In this document: positions 1 to 10,541 of the stretch, one piece after another
How positions within the stretch are numbered: the stretch's first letter is position 1
Layout of the letters: every line of letters begins with the position of its first letter
From: Prochlorococcus marinus str. NATL2A
GTDB lineage: Bacteria > Cyanobacteriota > Cyanobacteriia > PCC-6307 > Cyanobiaceae
Length of the DNA: 32,000 bases
Reading direction: 5' to 3'
Assembly (NCBI RefSeq): GCF_000012465.1
Contig: NC_007335.2
Coordinates: forward strand, 270,001-302,000
The notes under the pieces: model-generated
What the model saw: only the letters and a program-made list of their open reading frames with translations
What the model was told of the DNA's origin: nothing
Databases searched by the model: none
Made by a program: the position numbers and the translations under genes

Positions 1-95
1 ATCGATTTCATTCAAAACCCTTTTACAGCAGTCTTTTTTGGCGTTTAGACTCTGATTTTAGAAAAAAACAAATTCGAAAAATATCAATAAATTTT

Positions 96-1352
96 CTATT
101 TTAAATTTCTAATTTCATCTAAAAGTTGATGGGATATTGCAAGTTTTGTTGAAAAAGATAAGTTTTTGACCATTTTTTTTGGACCTAACAAAAAACCACT
201 GTTGAAGTTTTCATCAAATCCTTGCCCGGCTCTATCAATGGGATTGGCCATGAGAAGGTCACAACCTTTTGAAACCCTTTTCTTCTCTCCCTTTTCAATG
301 ATTTCATTATCACTGCCTGTCTCAGCAGCAAAACCAAGGAAAATTTGATTTTCTAATTTTTTTTTCGTTTGATTTTTGATTAGGTCTGATGTCATTTCTA
401 AGTCATCGAAAACGGACTTTAAAAAAAATTCTTTAGAGATTTTTTTTTCACTGGGACTATTATTTTTGAAATCTGATACTGCTGCAGCCATAACGATGAC
501 CTGAGCAGATGGTTGTAAATCATCAATTTTTGCTCCCATTTCATTTGAACTTCTAACTGGATAAGTATTCAGTCCCTCAAGCAGATCTTGTTGAACGCTT
601 ACCGGGCCATGAACTAAATCGACCTCTGCACCTCTTAACTTTGCTGCTTGAGCTATCAAAACCCCCATCTTTCCACTGCTTCGATTGGTTAATTGTCTTG
701 CGGCATCAAGAGCTTCGACAGTGGGACCAGCCGATATGAGAAACCTTATGTCCTTTAAATCTTTAGTGAGAAATTTATTTTCTGCATGGAAAATAAATGC
801 ACTTTCAGATGCCATTTCAATAATATCTAAATTGACCATTTTCCCATTACCAACTCTGTCGCAAGCTAAAAGTCCTGCACTAGGTTCGAGAGTAATAACT
901 TGGTCAATAGTTTTAACGTAATTCCAATTCTTTTTTACTGATTGATTTTCCCACATCGAAGTATTCATGGCAGCAGCCATAACTATTTGAGATTGACTAG
1001 CTAAAAGAATGCTGGCTAAAAGTCCATCAGCACTTCCACTAGTAAATTTGGATAAGGATGTGGCGCTCAATGGTGCAACAATAATTAGTTCTGCCCACTC
1101 AGCCAAAGCAATGTGCAATGGCTTGGTTTGAGAGTCAGCCCATTGATCTTTATCTTGGTAACATTTATTTCTGCTTAAAGTAGACAAAGATAAGGGACTA
1201 ACTAAATTAGTGGCGCTTTGCGTTATGACGCACTTGACCTCTGCACCAGCTTTAATTAGGCGGCTAACTAAAATAGGAGCTTTAACAGCTGCAATACTCC
1301 CCGTAACAGCAACTAATATTTTTTTTCCAGATAAAGAAGTCGAATTAATCAT
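96..1352 (-). CDS. coaBC: Bifunctional phosphopantothenoylcysteine decarboxylase / phosphopantothenate-cysteine ligase (CoaBC/Dfp)
   Basis: 418 aa ORF. N-terminal flavoprotein motif KKILVAVTGSIAAVKAPILVSRL. C-terminal synthetase region ISAGPTVEALDAARQLTNRSSGKMG and MAAAVSDF. Length and two-domain layout are typical of Dfp. Confidence 0.9.
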   Translation of the reverse strand: MINSTSLSGKKILVAVTGSIAAVKAPILVSRLIKAGAEVKCVITQSATNLVSPLSLSTLSRNKCYQDKDQWADSQTKPLHIALAEWAELIIVAPLSATSLSKFTSGSADGLLASILLASQSQIVMAAAMNTSMWENQSVKKNWNYVKTIDQVITLEPSAGLLACDRVGNGKMVNLDIIEMASESAFIFHAENKFLTKDLKDIRFLISAGPTVEALDAARQLTNRSSGKMGVLIAQAAKLRGAEVDLVHGPVSVQQDLLEGLNTYPVRSSNEMGAKIDDLQPSAQVIVMAAAVSDFKNNSPSEKKISKEFFLKSVFDDLEMTSDLIKNQTKKKLENQIFLGFAAETGSDNEIIEKGEKKRVSKGCDLLMANPIDRAGQGFDENFNSGFLLGPKKMVKNLSFSTKLAISHQLLDEIRNLK

Positions 1353-1559
1353 GATATTTTGATTTTATATCAAATAGACCTTGAAAGATATTTTTCAAAT
1401 TTAAAATAAGCTGCATTTTTCGTATTAAAGGAAATTTGATTTTTTATATCTTTGATAAAAATAATTTATTTTTGCTTTATTAGATCTTTCATTTATTATA
1501 TTTTTGTTAGAGAGTTAACTAATGAAAAAATCCTGAGGCAATTTTTTAACTTTTCTCTT

Positions 1560-1901
1560 ATGACTCTAAGAATGCAGAAAACATTTTTATATAAATCATC
1601 TACAAAAATTGTTGATAGGTTAGCAAACTGGGCTGCAAATCCTTGGAGAAGATATTCATTGTTAGCAATAATTTTTTTAATAGGCTTTTTAGCAGGTAGT
1701 TCTCTAGGTATGATTAATGGTGTACTAGCGTTGATGGATCCTGTTGGAGCATTTATTGCTTTAATATTTTTGGAGTTACTAATTCAAGCTAGATTTGTAT
1801 TTCTGAAGTCTAATAAACCAATAATACTAGTTAGGATCTTTGATATGTTCAGAATAGGATTAGCGTATGGACTTTTTTCAGAAGGTTTGAAACTATTATA
1901 A
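1560..1901 (+). CDS. Small multi-pass membrane protein, probably Ycf20/DUF565-like
   Basis: The ORF track starts at a TTG at 1452. The first ATG (1560, MTLRMQKT...) precedes the hydrophobic core (LLAIIFLIGFLAGSSLG, GAFIALIFLELLI). Family name is recalled, not computed. Confidence 0.5.
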   Translation: MTLRMQKTFLYKSSTKIVDRLANWAANPWRRYSLLAIIFLIGFLAGSSLGMINGVLALMDPVGAFIALIFLELLIQARFVFLKSNKPIILVRIFDMFRIGLAYGLFSEGLKLL

Positions 1902-1918
1902 ATCTATTCTAAATATAA

Positions 1919-2938
1919 TTAATCTTTTTTATTTAACCCTAGTAAATACAACAAAGCCATTCTTGTTGGAATACCATTTTCTACTTGTTTACTTATAAGA
2001 TTGATTGAATTATCTTCAACTAATCGATTACTTATTTCTACTCCTCTATTTACTGGTCCAGGATGAAGAACAGGAACTTTCTTTTCACACCATTTTAAAC
2101 TTTCATGGGTTATCCCATATTGTACATAATAACTATCAAGATCAGTAAGCATATTTTGCTTCATTCTCTCTTTCTGTAATCGAAGTGTCATAACTGCATC
2201 ACTATTTTTTAATGCGTCTTTTAGCGATCTTTTTATGAAAACAGAACCTCTCTTATTAATGGGATCAAAATTTTGCCCTAGCGGAGGATTCTGAACAAAA
2301 TCAATGAATTCCTCTGGAAGAAGGCTTGGAGGTCCACATAGTGTTACCTCTGCTCCACATGCAGTTAGAGCCCAAAGGTTTGATCTGGCAACTCTAGAAT
2401 GAAGGATATCTCCAACTATTGTAATTTTTTTATTTAAAAGACTATTAGTTGATGGTTCATTTGGATTAAAAAAAGTAGCAAGTGTAAATAGATCCAAAAG
2501 ACCTTGACTTGGATGGCTATGAAATCCATCACCTGCATTGAGAATTGATGTATTGATGTTATTTATGTCAACGTAATTAGCTAACTCTGCGGGTACATTT
2601 GTTGACTCATGCCTAATTACTAAGATATCAGCCCCCATTGAGATGTATGTGAGAATAGTGTCTAAAGGAGTCTCTCCTTTGTTTAGAGAACTTGAAGATA
2701 CAGAAAAATTTTGAACATCTGCAGATAGTCTCTTTGCTGCAAGTTCAAAGCTAGTTCTTGTCCTTGTACTGGGCTCGAAAAATAAATTGGCGATTAATCT
2801 TCCATGAAGAGCGGGAAGTTTTCTAGAACTTGATTTATGGACATCTTTAAATCTTGTTGTTAATTCTAAAACTGTTTTGTAATCCTCTAAAGAAAACGTA
2901 GATAAATCAAGAACGTGATTATGTTTCCAATTATTCAT
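1919..2938 (-). CDS. pyrB: Aspartate carbamoyltransferase catalytic subunit
   Basis: 339 aa. Carbamoyl-phosphate motif [19 protein letters not shown], plus HPSQGLLD and the LHPGP motif. Start overlaps the mpg stop by 4 nt. Confidence 0.95.
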   Translation of the reverse strand: MNNWKHNHVLDLSTFSLEDYKTVLELTTRFKDVHKSSSRKLPALHGRLIANLFFEPSTRTRTSFELAAKRLSADVQNFSVSSSSLNKGETPLDTILTYISMGADILVIRHESTNVPAELANYVDINNINTSILNAGDGFHSHPSQGLLDLFTLATFFNPNEPSTNSLLNKKITIVGDILHSRVARSNLWALTACGAEVTLCGPPSLLPEEFIDFVQNPPLGQNFDPINKRGSVFIKRSLKDALKNSDAVMTLRLQKERMKQNMLTDLDSYYVQYGITHESLKWCEKKVPVLHPGPVNRGVEISNRLVEDNSINLISKQVENGIPTRMALLYLLGLNKKD

Positions 2939-3504
2939 AATTCCTCAAATGTTGATGGTTCCCAACACTTATTTTTTGGAGGAATTCGATCACCTCTAAC
3001 CCTTTTGCTAACACTTCTACTACTTTTAAGGTACCAACGCCAAGGTATATCTTTGGCTTGCGAAATGCCAATCCTTGTGGTCTGAACAATATTTCCCATT
3101 CTTGTTAAATTTTCTCCCTCTGATAACCAGAAATCATTTGCAGGTGACAAGTGTAAATTGTCAAAATTCTTATTTAATCCAAATCTTTTTGCCAATAATC
3201 CAGGCCCAGAGGCAATTCTCTCGTGTTCTCCTTTTATTGCTATCGATCTAAGAAGTACACCATTTGCCCAGTTTTTCTTACCAGTAACAATATTTACACA
3301 ACTATTAATGCCATATGAAAGGTATATGTAAAAGTTACCCGGTTCACCAAAAAGGGTTTTGTTTCTTTGAGTTCTCCCTGAGAAGCCATGGCATGAAGCT
3401 TCTTCTTGAGAATAAGCCTCAGTTTCAACAATTACGCCGGCAAGATAGCTGTTTTTTGATAAGCGCTTAATTAAAAAACAGCCAATTAAGCTAGGTGCGA
3501 CCAT
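2935..3504 (-). CDS. mpg: DNA-3-methyladenine (methylpurine) glycosylase, Mpg/AAG family
   Basis: [32 protein letters not shown] and LLRSI...[10 protein letters not shown] match the AAG/Mpg core. The true start may lie upstream of the first ATG (see findings). Confidence 0.85.
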   Translation of the reverse strand: MVAPSLIGCFLIKRLSKNSYLAGVIVETEAYSQEEASCHGFSGRTQRNKTLFGEPGNFYIYLSYGINSCVNIVTGKKNWANGVLLRSIAIKGEHERIASGPGLLAKRFGLNKNFDNLHLSPANDFWLSEGENLTRMGNIVQTTRIGISQAKDIPWRWYLKSSRSVSKRVRGDRIPPKNKCWEPSTFEEL

Positions 3505-3759
3505 ATGAGATGGCCTTGAAAAGAATTCTTTTGTAAGAAGTGAGATGTGTTTACTATGTCTTTTTTGTCCATAGTACTTACTAAATAATAGATTTCTCTA
3601 TCTTGCTGATTAATCTTCCAACACTTAAAATTTCTTAAAAGGCATTCAAATGACAAAATGGTATACGAACTTATTTGCTTAAACGAAAGCACTAAGATCT
3701 TTTTGTAATAAGTCGTCCATTTCATTATCTAAAGATCTTGAAAATTTTCTAACATAACC

Positions 3760-4047
3760 ATGACTAAAATTTCTTCATCTGATGTACGTAAGGTTGCACA
3801 GTTAGCTCGTTTAGAACTTCCAGAAGATCAAATAGAAACCTATACAGAGCAACTCGAAGAAATACTTTCTTATGTTGATCAACTGCAAGAAATAGATACT
3901 AAAAATATTCCTCCAACTACTAGAGCTGTAGAGGTGGTTAATGCAATGAGGGATGATTTAGTTGAAGTTAATTGCTCAAGAGAAGATCTTCTTAATCAAG
4001 CACCTCATAGGGAAGGTGATTTTTTTAGAGTTCCTAAAATACTTTAA
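3760..4047 (+). CDS. gatC: Asp/Glu-tRNA(Asn/Gln) amidotransferase subunit C
   Basis: 95 aa. [18 protein letters not shown]...ILSYVDQL is the typical GatC signature and size. Confidence 0.9.
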   Translation: MTKISSSDVRKVAQLARLELPEDQIETYTEQLEEILSYVDQLQEIDTKNIPPTTRAVEVVNAMRDDLVEVNCSREDLLNQAPHREGDFFRVPKIL

Positions 4048-4059
4048 ATTCAGGAATTA

Positions 4060-5091
4060 TCATTTACTTTCTGTTCTGATTCTAGTTTTATGAATTAATT
4101 TTATATATTTTCTCCTCCAATTGTTTTTCGGTAATATTCTTGCTATTGGTCTCATTTTACTTCTTCTTTCTTTATGGCTTCTGATTCCAAGTAAAACATC
4201 ATAAAGAAAATTTAGACTATCTTTCTGAGTTTCAAAAATCCCCATTCTTTGAGGCGAACCTTTTTGATCTAAAAGTGGTTTTGTGGCTTCGTAAGCTGGT
4301 TTATATTCAAACCATGGAATAGAGGGCCATAAATGATGAACTAAATGATAATTTTGTCCCATTATTAGTAAGTTCATTAATTTACTTGGATAGACTCTTG
4401 CATTTTTCCATCTATTTCTAGACTGAAAAGGTCTATGAGGTAGATAATCAAAAAATATTCCTAAAGTGACTCCAACCATTAATGCTGGTCCGAACCATAA
4501 ATTATAAATAACATTCATGAAATTGTATTTAATTCCGGCAATGACTATGCAAATAAATATTCCTCTTTCAATTCCCCATTGCATTAGTTCAAACTTTCTC
4601 CAAAGTTTTCGCTCAAAGAAAAAATATTCATGATAGAAAAATCTTGGAGCAATTAACCAAATAGGGCCAAAGGTGCTAACTATGTGATCTGGATCGTTTT
4701 TTGGGTCGTTAACGTATTTGTGATGCTCTAGATGAACTCTTGTGAAAACTGGGAAACTAAAACCTAGTAATATCGCTGACCCATGTCCCATAAATTGATT
4801 GATCCATTTATTTGGGTGGGCAGCATTGTGGCAGGCGTCATGAATAACAGTGCCTTCCATATGTAGAGCTAAAAAAGCTAATGCAACTAAAATTGGTAAC
4901 GGCCAGTTCCCCTGATACCACTGCCAAACACTAACTATTGCAAGAAAATATCCACCAAAGAAAAGACCTAAAGTTACGTTTAAAGGCTTTGGCGGATCAA
5001 GATATTCTTGGATCTCATTTTGCCAGTCGCGTAATGACTTCAGTTTTTTCGTTGCCTTGTTTTTGTCAGACCTCGATAAGCACTGGGTCAT
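4060..5091 (-). CDS. crtR: Beta-carotene hydroxylase (di-iron fatty-acid-desaturase-type, CrtR)
   Basis: 343 aa membrane protein with three histidine boxes (HDACHNAAH, HLEHHKY, HLVHHLWP). The CrtR assignment rests on cyanobacterial context and recalled similarity. Confidence 0.75.
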   Translation of the reverse strand: MTQCLSRSDKNKATKKLKSLRDWQNEIQEYLDPPKPLNVTLGLFFGGYFLAIVSVWQWYQGNWPLPILVALAFLALHMEGTVIHDACHNAAHPNKWINQFMGHGSAILLGFSFPVFTRVHLEHHKYVNDPKNDPDHIVSTFGPIWLIAPRFFYHEYFFFERKLWRKFELMQWGIERGIFICIVIAGIKYNFMNVIYNLWFGPALMVGVTLGIFFDYLPHRPFQSRNRWKNARVYPSKLMNLLIMGQNYHLVHHLWPSIPWFEYKPAYEATKPLLDQKGSPQRMGIFETQKDSLNFLYDVLLGIRSHKERRSKMRPIARILPKNNWRRKYIKLIHKTRIRTESK

Positions 5092-5110
5092 TGCTTGATG
5101 TGATTGAAAT

Positions 5111-5135
5111 TAATTGAGCTTATATAGCTTAATTA
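5111..5135. repeat. 10-bp inverted repeat (hairpin) between the tRNA-Leu 3' end and the crtR start
   Basis: taattgagct-tatat-agcttaatta. 10 pairs including one G-T position, 5-nt loop, flanked by an A6 run on the plus strand (T6 precedes it on the minus strand). Function not established. Confidence 0.3.
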
Positions 5136-5140
5136 AAAAA

Positions 5141-5223
5141 TGCCCACCGGGAGACTTGAACTCCCACGACATAAAGCCACTGGTACCTAAAACCAGCGCG
5201 TCTACCAATTCCGCCAGGTGGGC
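5141..5223 (-). tRNA. tRNA-Leu (anticodon UAG), class II with long variable arm
   Basis: The reverse complement GCCCACCTGGCGGAATTGGTAGACGCGCTGGTTTTAGGTACCAGTGGCTTTATGTCGTGGGAGTTCAAGTCTCCCGGTGGGCA folds as a cloverleaf. Anticodon stem CTGGT/ACCAG, loop TTTAGGT, T-arm GGGAG-TTCAAGT-CTCCC. CCA is not encoded. Confidence 0.9.
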
Positions 5224-5426
5224 CAAAGGTTTTCACCGATTGTATATTGATTCTAGCAGCTCGTTGATGGCTATTTAAAGACTATTTTTGATTCGTGATC
5301 GTAAAAAGATTAATGTAATTTTTATATTTGTATACGAGACATTTGAAATTCTGGTTTTATGAAGCATGATTTTTAGTTGTTCAATAAGCCTTTATCACTA
5401 CAAAACAAACTCATATTGAGAAAAAT

Positions 5427-5945
5427 ATGGTTATTTCTATTTCTGGCTACTTGTTTCTTTTTGTTGGGCTTTTGATATTGGCTTTACCTTTAATGCTTAT
5501 GGAATTAAGTAGGCCAAGAGATTGGTTGATGGGCGGACTTTTTTTATTTTTAGGATTATTTCTGTTAGTGGAGAATGATCTTTTGAGAGGCTCAATAAAT
5601 TTACTTGTTATTTCTATGGCAATTTTGTATGGAAAAATGATTTTAGAAATTATCCAAACTAGGTGGAATCAATTAAGCTCTGAAGAAAAAAAGCGAGTTG
5701 GATCTTTTCAGAGGTGGTTTGAATCTTTTAGACAGCTCGGTCAAAGTTTTGCTTTACTTGGAGCTGGCTTTTTTAATTTTTTTAAAGGCTTCACTACTAA
5801 ATCTGAAAAACCGTTAAAAGAAAAAAAATGGGTTCATCCAGAATTGAAAGAAGAAGTCAAGAAGAAAGTAGTTGAAAGATCTACTTCAACTGATTCCAAT
5901 AAGATCGGAAATCAAGAATTCGCTGAAAATGAAGAAACTTCTTGA
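5427..5945 (+). CDS. Conserved cyanobacterial membrane protein with K/E-rich C-terminal tail (possibly Ycf66-like)
   Basis: 172 aa. Two to three N-terminal TM helices (LFLFVGLLILALPLMLM, GGLFLFLGLFLLV, LLVISMAILYG) followed by a charged tail. Family name is tentative. Confidence 0.55.
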   Translation: MVISISGYLFLFVGLLILALPLMLMELSRPRDWLMGGLFLFLGLFLLVENDLLRGSINLLVISMAILYGKMILEIIQTRWNQLSSEEKKRVGSFQRWFESFRQLGQSFALLGAGFFNFFKGFTTKSEKPLKEKKWVHPELKEEVKKKVVERSTSTDSNKIGNQEFAENEETS

Positions 5946-5996
5946 TAAGGTTAAAAGACCTCAGGGAACCATTATGACTGATGAATATTTTTCAAA

Positions 5997-8900
5997 GTGA
6001 ATAACATCAAAAAAGATTCTCAAAAGGATCGTCCCACTTACAAAGACACTCTCAACCTTTTGCAGACTAATTTTGGAATGAGGGCAAATGCAACTCTAAG
6101 AGAACCTGAGTTGCAAGCTTTTTGGAGAGAAAAAAATATAGATTTTGAATTAGGCTTAAATAATTCTGGAGAGACTTTTACTTTGCATGATGGCCCGCCA
6201 TATGCAAATGGAACGCTTCATATGGGGCATGCTCTCAACAAAGTATTGAAGGACATAATCAATAAATTTCAAACAATGAAAGGGAAAAAAGTTTGTTATG
6301 TCCCTGGATGGGATTGCCATGGATTGCCTATTGAATTGAAAGTTCTTCAAGCTATGGATAAAAGTCAACGAGCTGAATTAACACCTATTAAGTTGAGAAA
6401 AAAAGCTGCTGCTTATGCAAAAAAGCAAGTTTCCCAACAAATGGATGGTTTTAAAAGATGGGGCGTATGGGGTGACTGGGATCAACCATATTTAAGTTTA
6501 GACAAAAAGTTTGAAGCCTCTCAAATCAAGTTGTTTGGTGAAATGGTCTTCAAAGGATATATATATCGAGGCCTAAAACCAGTTCATTGGAGTCCAAGTT
6601 CTCAAACAGCTCTGGCCGAGGCGGAACTAGAATATCCAACCGGTCATACTAGCAAAAGTATTTATGTAGGATTTAAAGTTAATCAAATACCAAAAAGATT
6701 AACTCAAGAAATTTCTAAGCAAGCTCCAGATCTAATTAATTCTGAAGGGAAATTAAAAGAATTAAAACTTGTCATTTGGACTACTACTCCTTGGACAATT
6801 CCTGCAAATGAGGCCATTTCTGTTAACCAAAAATTAGAATATGTAATTGCACAAAGTTCTGATCGTTCATTGATAATTATTGCTAACGATCTTCTGCAAG
6901 AAGTATCTAAGAGTGTAGGAATTAATTATGAAAAAAGAGTATTAATCAAAGGATCAATCTTAGATGGAATTATATATAAACATCCTTTATTTGATAAAAT
7001 AAGTCCTGTTGTTTTAGGAGGAGATTATATTACAACTGAATCAGGAACTGGATTAGTACATACTGCTCCAGGTCATGGTGTTGATGATTTTAATACTGCT
7101 AAAAAATATAATTTATCAATTTCTTGCCCAGTTGATGAAAAAGGTTTTCTAACGAAAGAAGCAGGAAAATTTGAAGGTCTAAATGTATTGAAAGATGCTA
7201 ATAGTGTCATAATAAGTGATCTCATTAATGCTGGATCTTTGCTTAAAGAAATTCCATATGAGCACAGGTATCCTTATGATTGGAGAACTAAAAAACCAAC
7301 TATTTTTAGAGCTACAGAACAATGGTTTGCTTCCGTTGAAGGATTTAGAGATAAAGCCCTTTCTGCCATAGAAGATGTTATTTGGCTTCCTGAATCGGGA
7401 AAAAATAGAATTAATTCCATGGTTAGAGAAAGAGGAGATTGGTGTATCTCCCGACAAAGGACCTGGGGAGTTCCAATACCAGTATTTTATGAAAAGAATG
7501 GACAAGAAATCTTGCTCAATAAAGAAACTATTTCTCATATAGCTGATTTATTTTCTGTTCATGGAGCAGATATTTGGTGGGAATATGAAGTATCTGAGCT
7601 ATTACCTCCTTCTTATTTAAATCAGGCAGATCGATGGCAAAAAGGTACCGATACTATGGATGTTTGGTTTGACTCCGGCTCTAGTTGGTCTTCAGTTATT
7701 TCTAAGAAAGAAAATTTAAATTATCCAGCAGATTTATATTTGGAGGGATCTGATCAACATCGGGGTTGGTTCCAGTCCTCTTTATTAACTTCGGTAGCAG
7801 TGAATGAACATGCACCTTTTAAAAAGGTCCTTACACATGGTTTTGCATTAGATGAGAATGGTAGGAAAATGAGTAAATCCTTAGGAAACATTATTGATCC
7901 TTTAGTTATAATTAATGGTGGTTCAAATAAGAAATTAGATCCTGCGTATGGAGCTGATGTTTTGAGGTTATGGGTTAGTTCTGTTGATTACTCTGCAGAT
8001 GTTCCTATTGGATCAAACATACTAAAGCAAATTTCTGATGTTTATCGTAAGGTTCGAAATACTTCTAGGTATCTATTAGGTAACCTCTATGATTTTGATT
8101 ATAAAATTGATTCCATTGATATTGCTAACCTACCATTGTTAGATAAATGGATGTTGAATAGAACAGCTGAAGTAATCGATGAAATATCAGATGCATACAA
8201 TAATTTTGAATTTTCGAAATTTTTCCAAACAATTCAAAACTTTTGTGTTGTTGATCTATCTAATTTTTACTTAGATATTGCAAAAGATAGGTTGTATGTG
8301 AGTTCTAAATCTGACTTTAGACGAAGAAGTTGTCAGACAGTTTTATCCTTGGTAATTGAAAAAATATCTGGATTAATTGCACCTGTTTTATGTCATATGG
8401 CAGAAGATATTTGGCAGAATATTCCATATGACTTAGAGGAAGCCTCAGTATTTCAAAGAGGATGGCCTAATGTACCTAAATCATGGAAAAATAGTAGTTT
8501 TAATTGTCATGTGACTGAACTACGTAAACTCAGAGCAGTTATTAATCGTATGTTGGAGAGTTGTAGAAATAATCAAGCGTTAGGTTCTTCTTTGGAAGCA
8601 TCAGTAAGGGTAGATATATCTGATGAAAAAGTTAAAGCTGCTATTGAATGGTTAGCTGAAAGCGAATCTAATAATGTTGATGTATTAAGAGATTGGTTCC
8701 TGGTTTCATCTTTGCAAATTGGTGGTGAGCCATGGGCTGAGGTTTTAGTTAGTGAGGACAATGATTATGCTTCAGTCGAGATTGCAAAAGCAAGGGGATT
8801 TAAGTGTGAAAGATGTTGGCATTATGAAATAGAAATGAGTAAGAATCCTCAACACACAAATATTTGCAAAAGGTGCGAAAAAGTAGTCTTAGCTATTTAA
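5997..8900 (+). CDS. ileS: Isoleucyl-tRNA synthetase (type 1)
   Basis: 967 aa. HIGH-type motif [20 protein letters not shown] motif, C-terminal Zn cluster CERCWHY...CKRC. The GTG start at 5997 is forced: an in-frame TGA lies 4 codons upstream and the conserved YKDTLNL follows. Confidence 0.97.
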   Translation: MNNIKKDSQKDRPTYKDTLNLLQTNFGMRANATLREPELQAFWREKNIDFELGLNNSGETFTLHDGPPYANGTLHMGHALNKVLKDIINKFQTMKGKKVCYVPGWDCHGLPIELKVLQAMDKSQRAELTPIKLRKKAAAYAKKQVSQQMDGFKRWGVWGDWDQPYLSLDKKFEASQIKLFGEMVFKGYIYRGLKPVHWSPSSQTALAEAELEYPTGHTSKSIYVGFKVNQIPKRLTQEISKQAPDLINSEGKLKELKLVIWTTTPWTIPANEAISVNQKLEYVIAQSSDRSLIIIANDLLQEVSKSVGINYEKRVLIKGSILDGIIYKHPLFDKISPVVLGGDYITTESGTGLVHTAPGHGVDDFNTAKKYNLSISCPVDEKGFLTKEAGKFEGLNVLKDANSVIISDLINAGSLLKEIPYEHRYPYDWRTKKPTIFRATEQWFASVEGFRDKALSAIEDVIWLPESGKNRINSMVRERGDWCISRQRTWGVPIPVFYEKNGQEILLNKETISHIADLFSVHGADIWWEYEVSELLPPSYLNQADRWQKGTDTMDVWFDSGSSWSSVISKKENLNYPADLYLEGSDQHRGWFQSSLLTSVAVNEHAPFKKVLTHGFALDENGRKMSKSLGNIIDPLVIINGGSNKKLDPAYGADVLRLWVSSVDYSADVPIGSNILKQISDVYRKVRNTSRYLLGNLYDFDYKIDSIDIANLPLLDKWMLNRTAEVIDEISDAYNNFEFSKFFQTIQNFCVVDLSNFYLDIAKDRLYVSSKSDFRRRSCQTVLSLVIEKISGLIAPVLCHMAEDIWQNIPYDLEEASVFQRGWPNVPKSWKNSSFNCHVTELRKLRAVINRMLESCRNNQALGSSLEASVRVDISDEKVKAAIEWLAESESNNVDVLRDWFLVSSLQIGGEPWAEVLVSEDNDYASVEIAKARGFKCERCWHYEIEMSKNPQHTNICKRCEKVVLAI

Positions 8901-8935
8901 ATAGTAATTAACTTTTAATATTAAAGTTATTGTTT

Positions 8936-9559
8936 TTAAAATTTACCGGCGAAACGGCCATTCTTTGGTAATTTAATGATCAACCATTGAAGTAACCCTA
9001 TTAGATATAAAATTAGGGATAAATATGCGAAAAATTTAGCAAATCCTGTACTCCAATTACCGTCTAACACAAATTTTATTAGTGTTTTTGTTGTCATGAA
9101 TGAATTAAATGGAATTTCTCTCCAATTATCACAATAGTTCTCATTAATTGAATTCAAACATCTCCAACTAAATATATGAAGTCCAGTATTTAGTAAAGAC
9201 CAAAAAGTTAAAGTCCATCGCCAAATTCTTGTAGTTAAAGCAATTGGTTTGTAATCAGGCATTTCATCAATTTCTTCATTGAGATCAGACCAAAACCAAA
9301 TAGAACTGACAATAAGTATTGGTGCAATGAATGAAATCGATTGACCTAATTGGCTCTCAACACTAAGAAATATAAGGTTTATCGCATAAATACTAGAAAC
9401 TTTCCAGTAAATTGATAAAAGTCTATCAATGGAGCTCGAATTTGATCTTTTTGCCCAAATCAATAGAAATAATGGGAGACCGAATGCGAAGGTGGCCGCA
9501 ATTCGATATGAGAGCCAAACTAGAATTTGGAATTGAGGTTCAGTCAAAAAAAATCTCAT
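8936..9559 (-). CDS. Conserved multi-pass membrane protein of unknown function
   Basis: 207 aa ORF with about 5 hydrophobic segments, rich in Trp. No family motif I can name with confidence. Confidence 0.65.
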   Translation of the reverse strand: MRFFLTEPQFQILVWLSYRIAATFAFGLPLFLLIWAKRSNSSSIDRLLSIYWKVSSIYAINLIFLSVESQLGQSISFIAPILIVSSIWFWSDLNEEIDEMPDYKPIALTTRIWRWTLTFWSLLNTGLHIFSWRCLNSINENYCDNWREIPFNSFMTTKTLIKFVLDGNWSTGFAKFFAYLSLILYLIGLLQWLIIKLPKNGRFAGKF

Positions 9560-9816
9560 TCATATGTATTATCAACCTTAAGGTTATCTTTTTATGATTA
9601 TTTTTAATTATTAAAGTTTTTTCTCTATATTTTCCAAACTTTTAGATTATTTATCCAATTCCTCCCTTGATTAATGATTATCTCACTATAAAAACAAAAT
9701 AGTTGAAAGACTCTAATCAAGAATTTATAAATTGGTTTGTCTTCATATCATCTTCTGAAAAATTTAATTGACTTGCTAATATAATAATCTGATTTATTTA
9801 TTTCAGGTTTCATTTT

Positions 9817-10461
9817 GTGAGACAGCATGTAAATCCTTTAAGTCAATTTTTTCAGTTACCATTATCTCTTCCTAGTAAGAATATTCTTTTTGAGAAATCT
9901 CACTATCCAATTCATTTAGATATTGGATCTGCAAAAGGTGAATTTCTGATTGAATTAGCAACAAAATGCCCTGACTGGAATTTTGTTGGGCTTGAGATAA
10001 GAGAACCTCTTGTTAGTTTATGTGAAAAGAAAAGAAGAAAATTAGAATTGACTAATTTAAAGTTTCTATTTTGTAATGTTAATGTCAGTCTAGATGAATG
10101 GTTATCTGACTTAGATTTTGGTCAATTAAAAAGAGTTTCAATTCAATTCCCAGATCCTTGGTTTAAAAGAAAACACTTTAAAAGAAGGGTCCTAAAAACT
10201 AATATTCTTAATTCAATTGCTAAAGCTATGAGTAAGAATGGCGAAATATTTATTCAAAGCGATATATTTGAACTTATTGAATATATGACTAATACGATTG
10301 ATGAAAATAGATATTTTACTAGAAAAAATGTAGGAGATCTGAGGTCAATTAATAAAAATCCTTATAATGTAATGACAGATAGAGAAATATTGTCTCTTAA
10401 GAAAAATTTGCTAATTTATAGAGTAATGTATATTAGAAATAGTCTATTATTCACTAATTAA
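9817..10461 (+). CDS. trmB: tRNA (guanine-N7)-methyltransferase
   Basis: N-terminal RQHVNPLS, SAM-binding LDIGSAKGEFL, and FPDPWFKRKHFKRR, all TrmB hallmarks. GTG start. Confidence 0.9.
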   Translation: MRQHVNPLSQFFQLPLSLPSKNILFEKSHYPIHLDIGSAKGEFLIELATKCPDWNFVGLEIREPLVSLCEKKRRKLELTNLKFLFCNVNVSLDEWLSDLDFGQLKRVSIQFPDPWFKRKHFKRRVLKTNILNSIAKAMSKNGEIFIQSDIFELIEYMTNTIDENRYFTRKNVGDLRSINKNPYNVMTDREILSLKKNLLIYRVMYIRNSLLFTN

Positions 10462-10541
10462 TCAAATTTATAATTAAAGTATATGATATGTTTTAATCTA
10501 AAGTTTATGTATATAATCATTATTATAAAGTGTGAACTCAG

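Noticed and set aside
1-95. A possible 3' end of an upstream plus-strand gene (frame 1 reads IDFIQNPFTAVFFGV then a stop at 46-48).
   Set aside because: Only 15 codons are visible, every frame is short, and no motif is present, so it cannot be supported.
1452-1559. TTG-initiated 36-codon extension of the Ycf20-like ORF.
   Set aside because: The extension is Ile/Phe/Tyr-rich translated AT-rich DNA. An ATG at 1560 precedes the conserved-looking membrane core.
3486-3725. 79-aa minus-strand ORF in the mpg-gatC divergent spacer.
   Set aside because: It overlaps the mpg 5' end out of frame. Its composition is Lys/Ile/Tyr-rich and typical of translated AT-rich non-coding DNA. The region is better explained as divergent promoters plus the possible mpg N-terminal extension.
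8906-8931. AU-rich 7-bp hairpin between convergent ileS and the 8936-9559 gene. A 6-bp hairpin with a 12-nt loop lies after sfsA (27377-27400), and a 6-bp hairpin lies at the purH stop (31055-31069).
   Set aside because: The stems are short, with at most two G-C pairs (one, two and two respectively), and have weak or absent T-tracts. This is not enough to call them terminators in a genome where such inverted repeats arise by chance.
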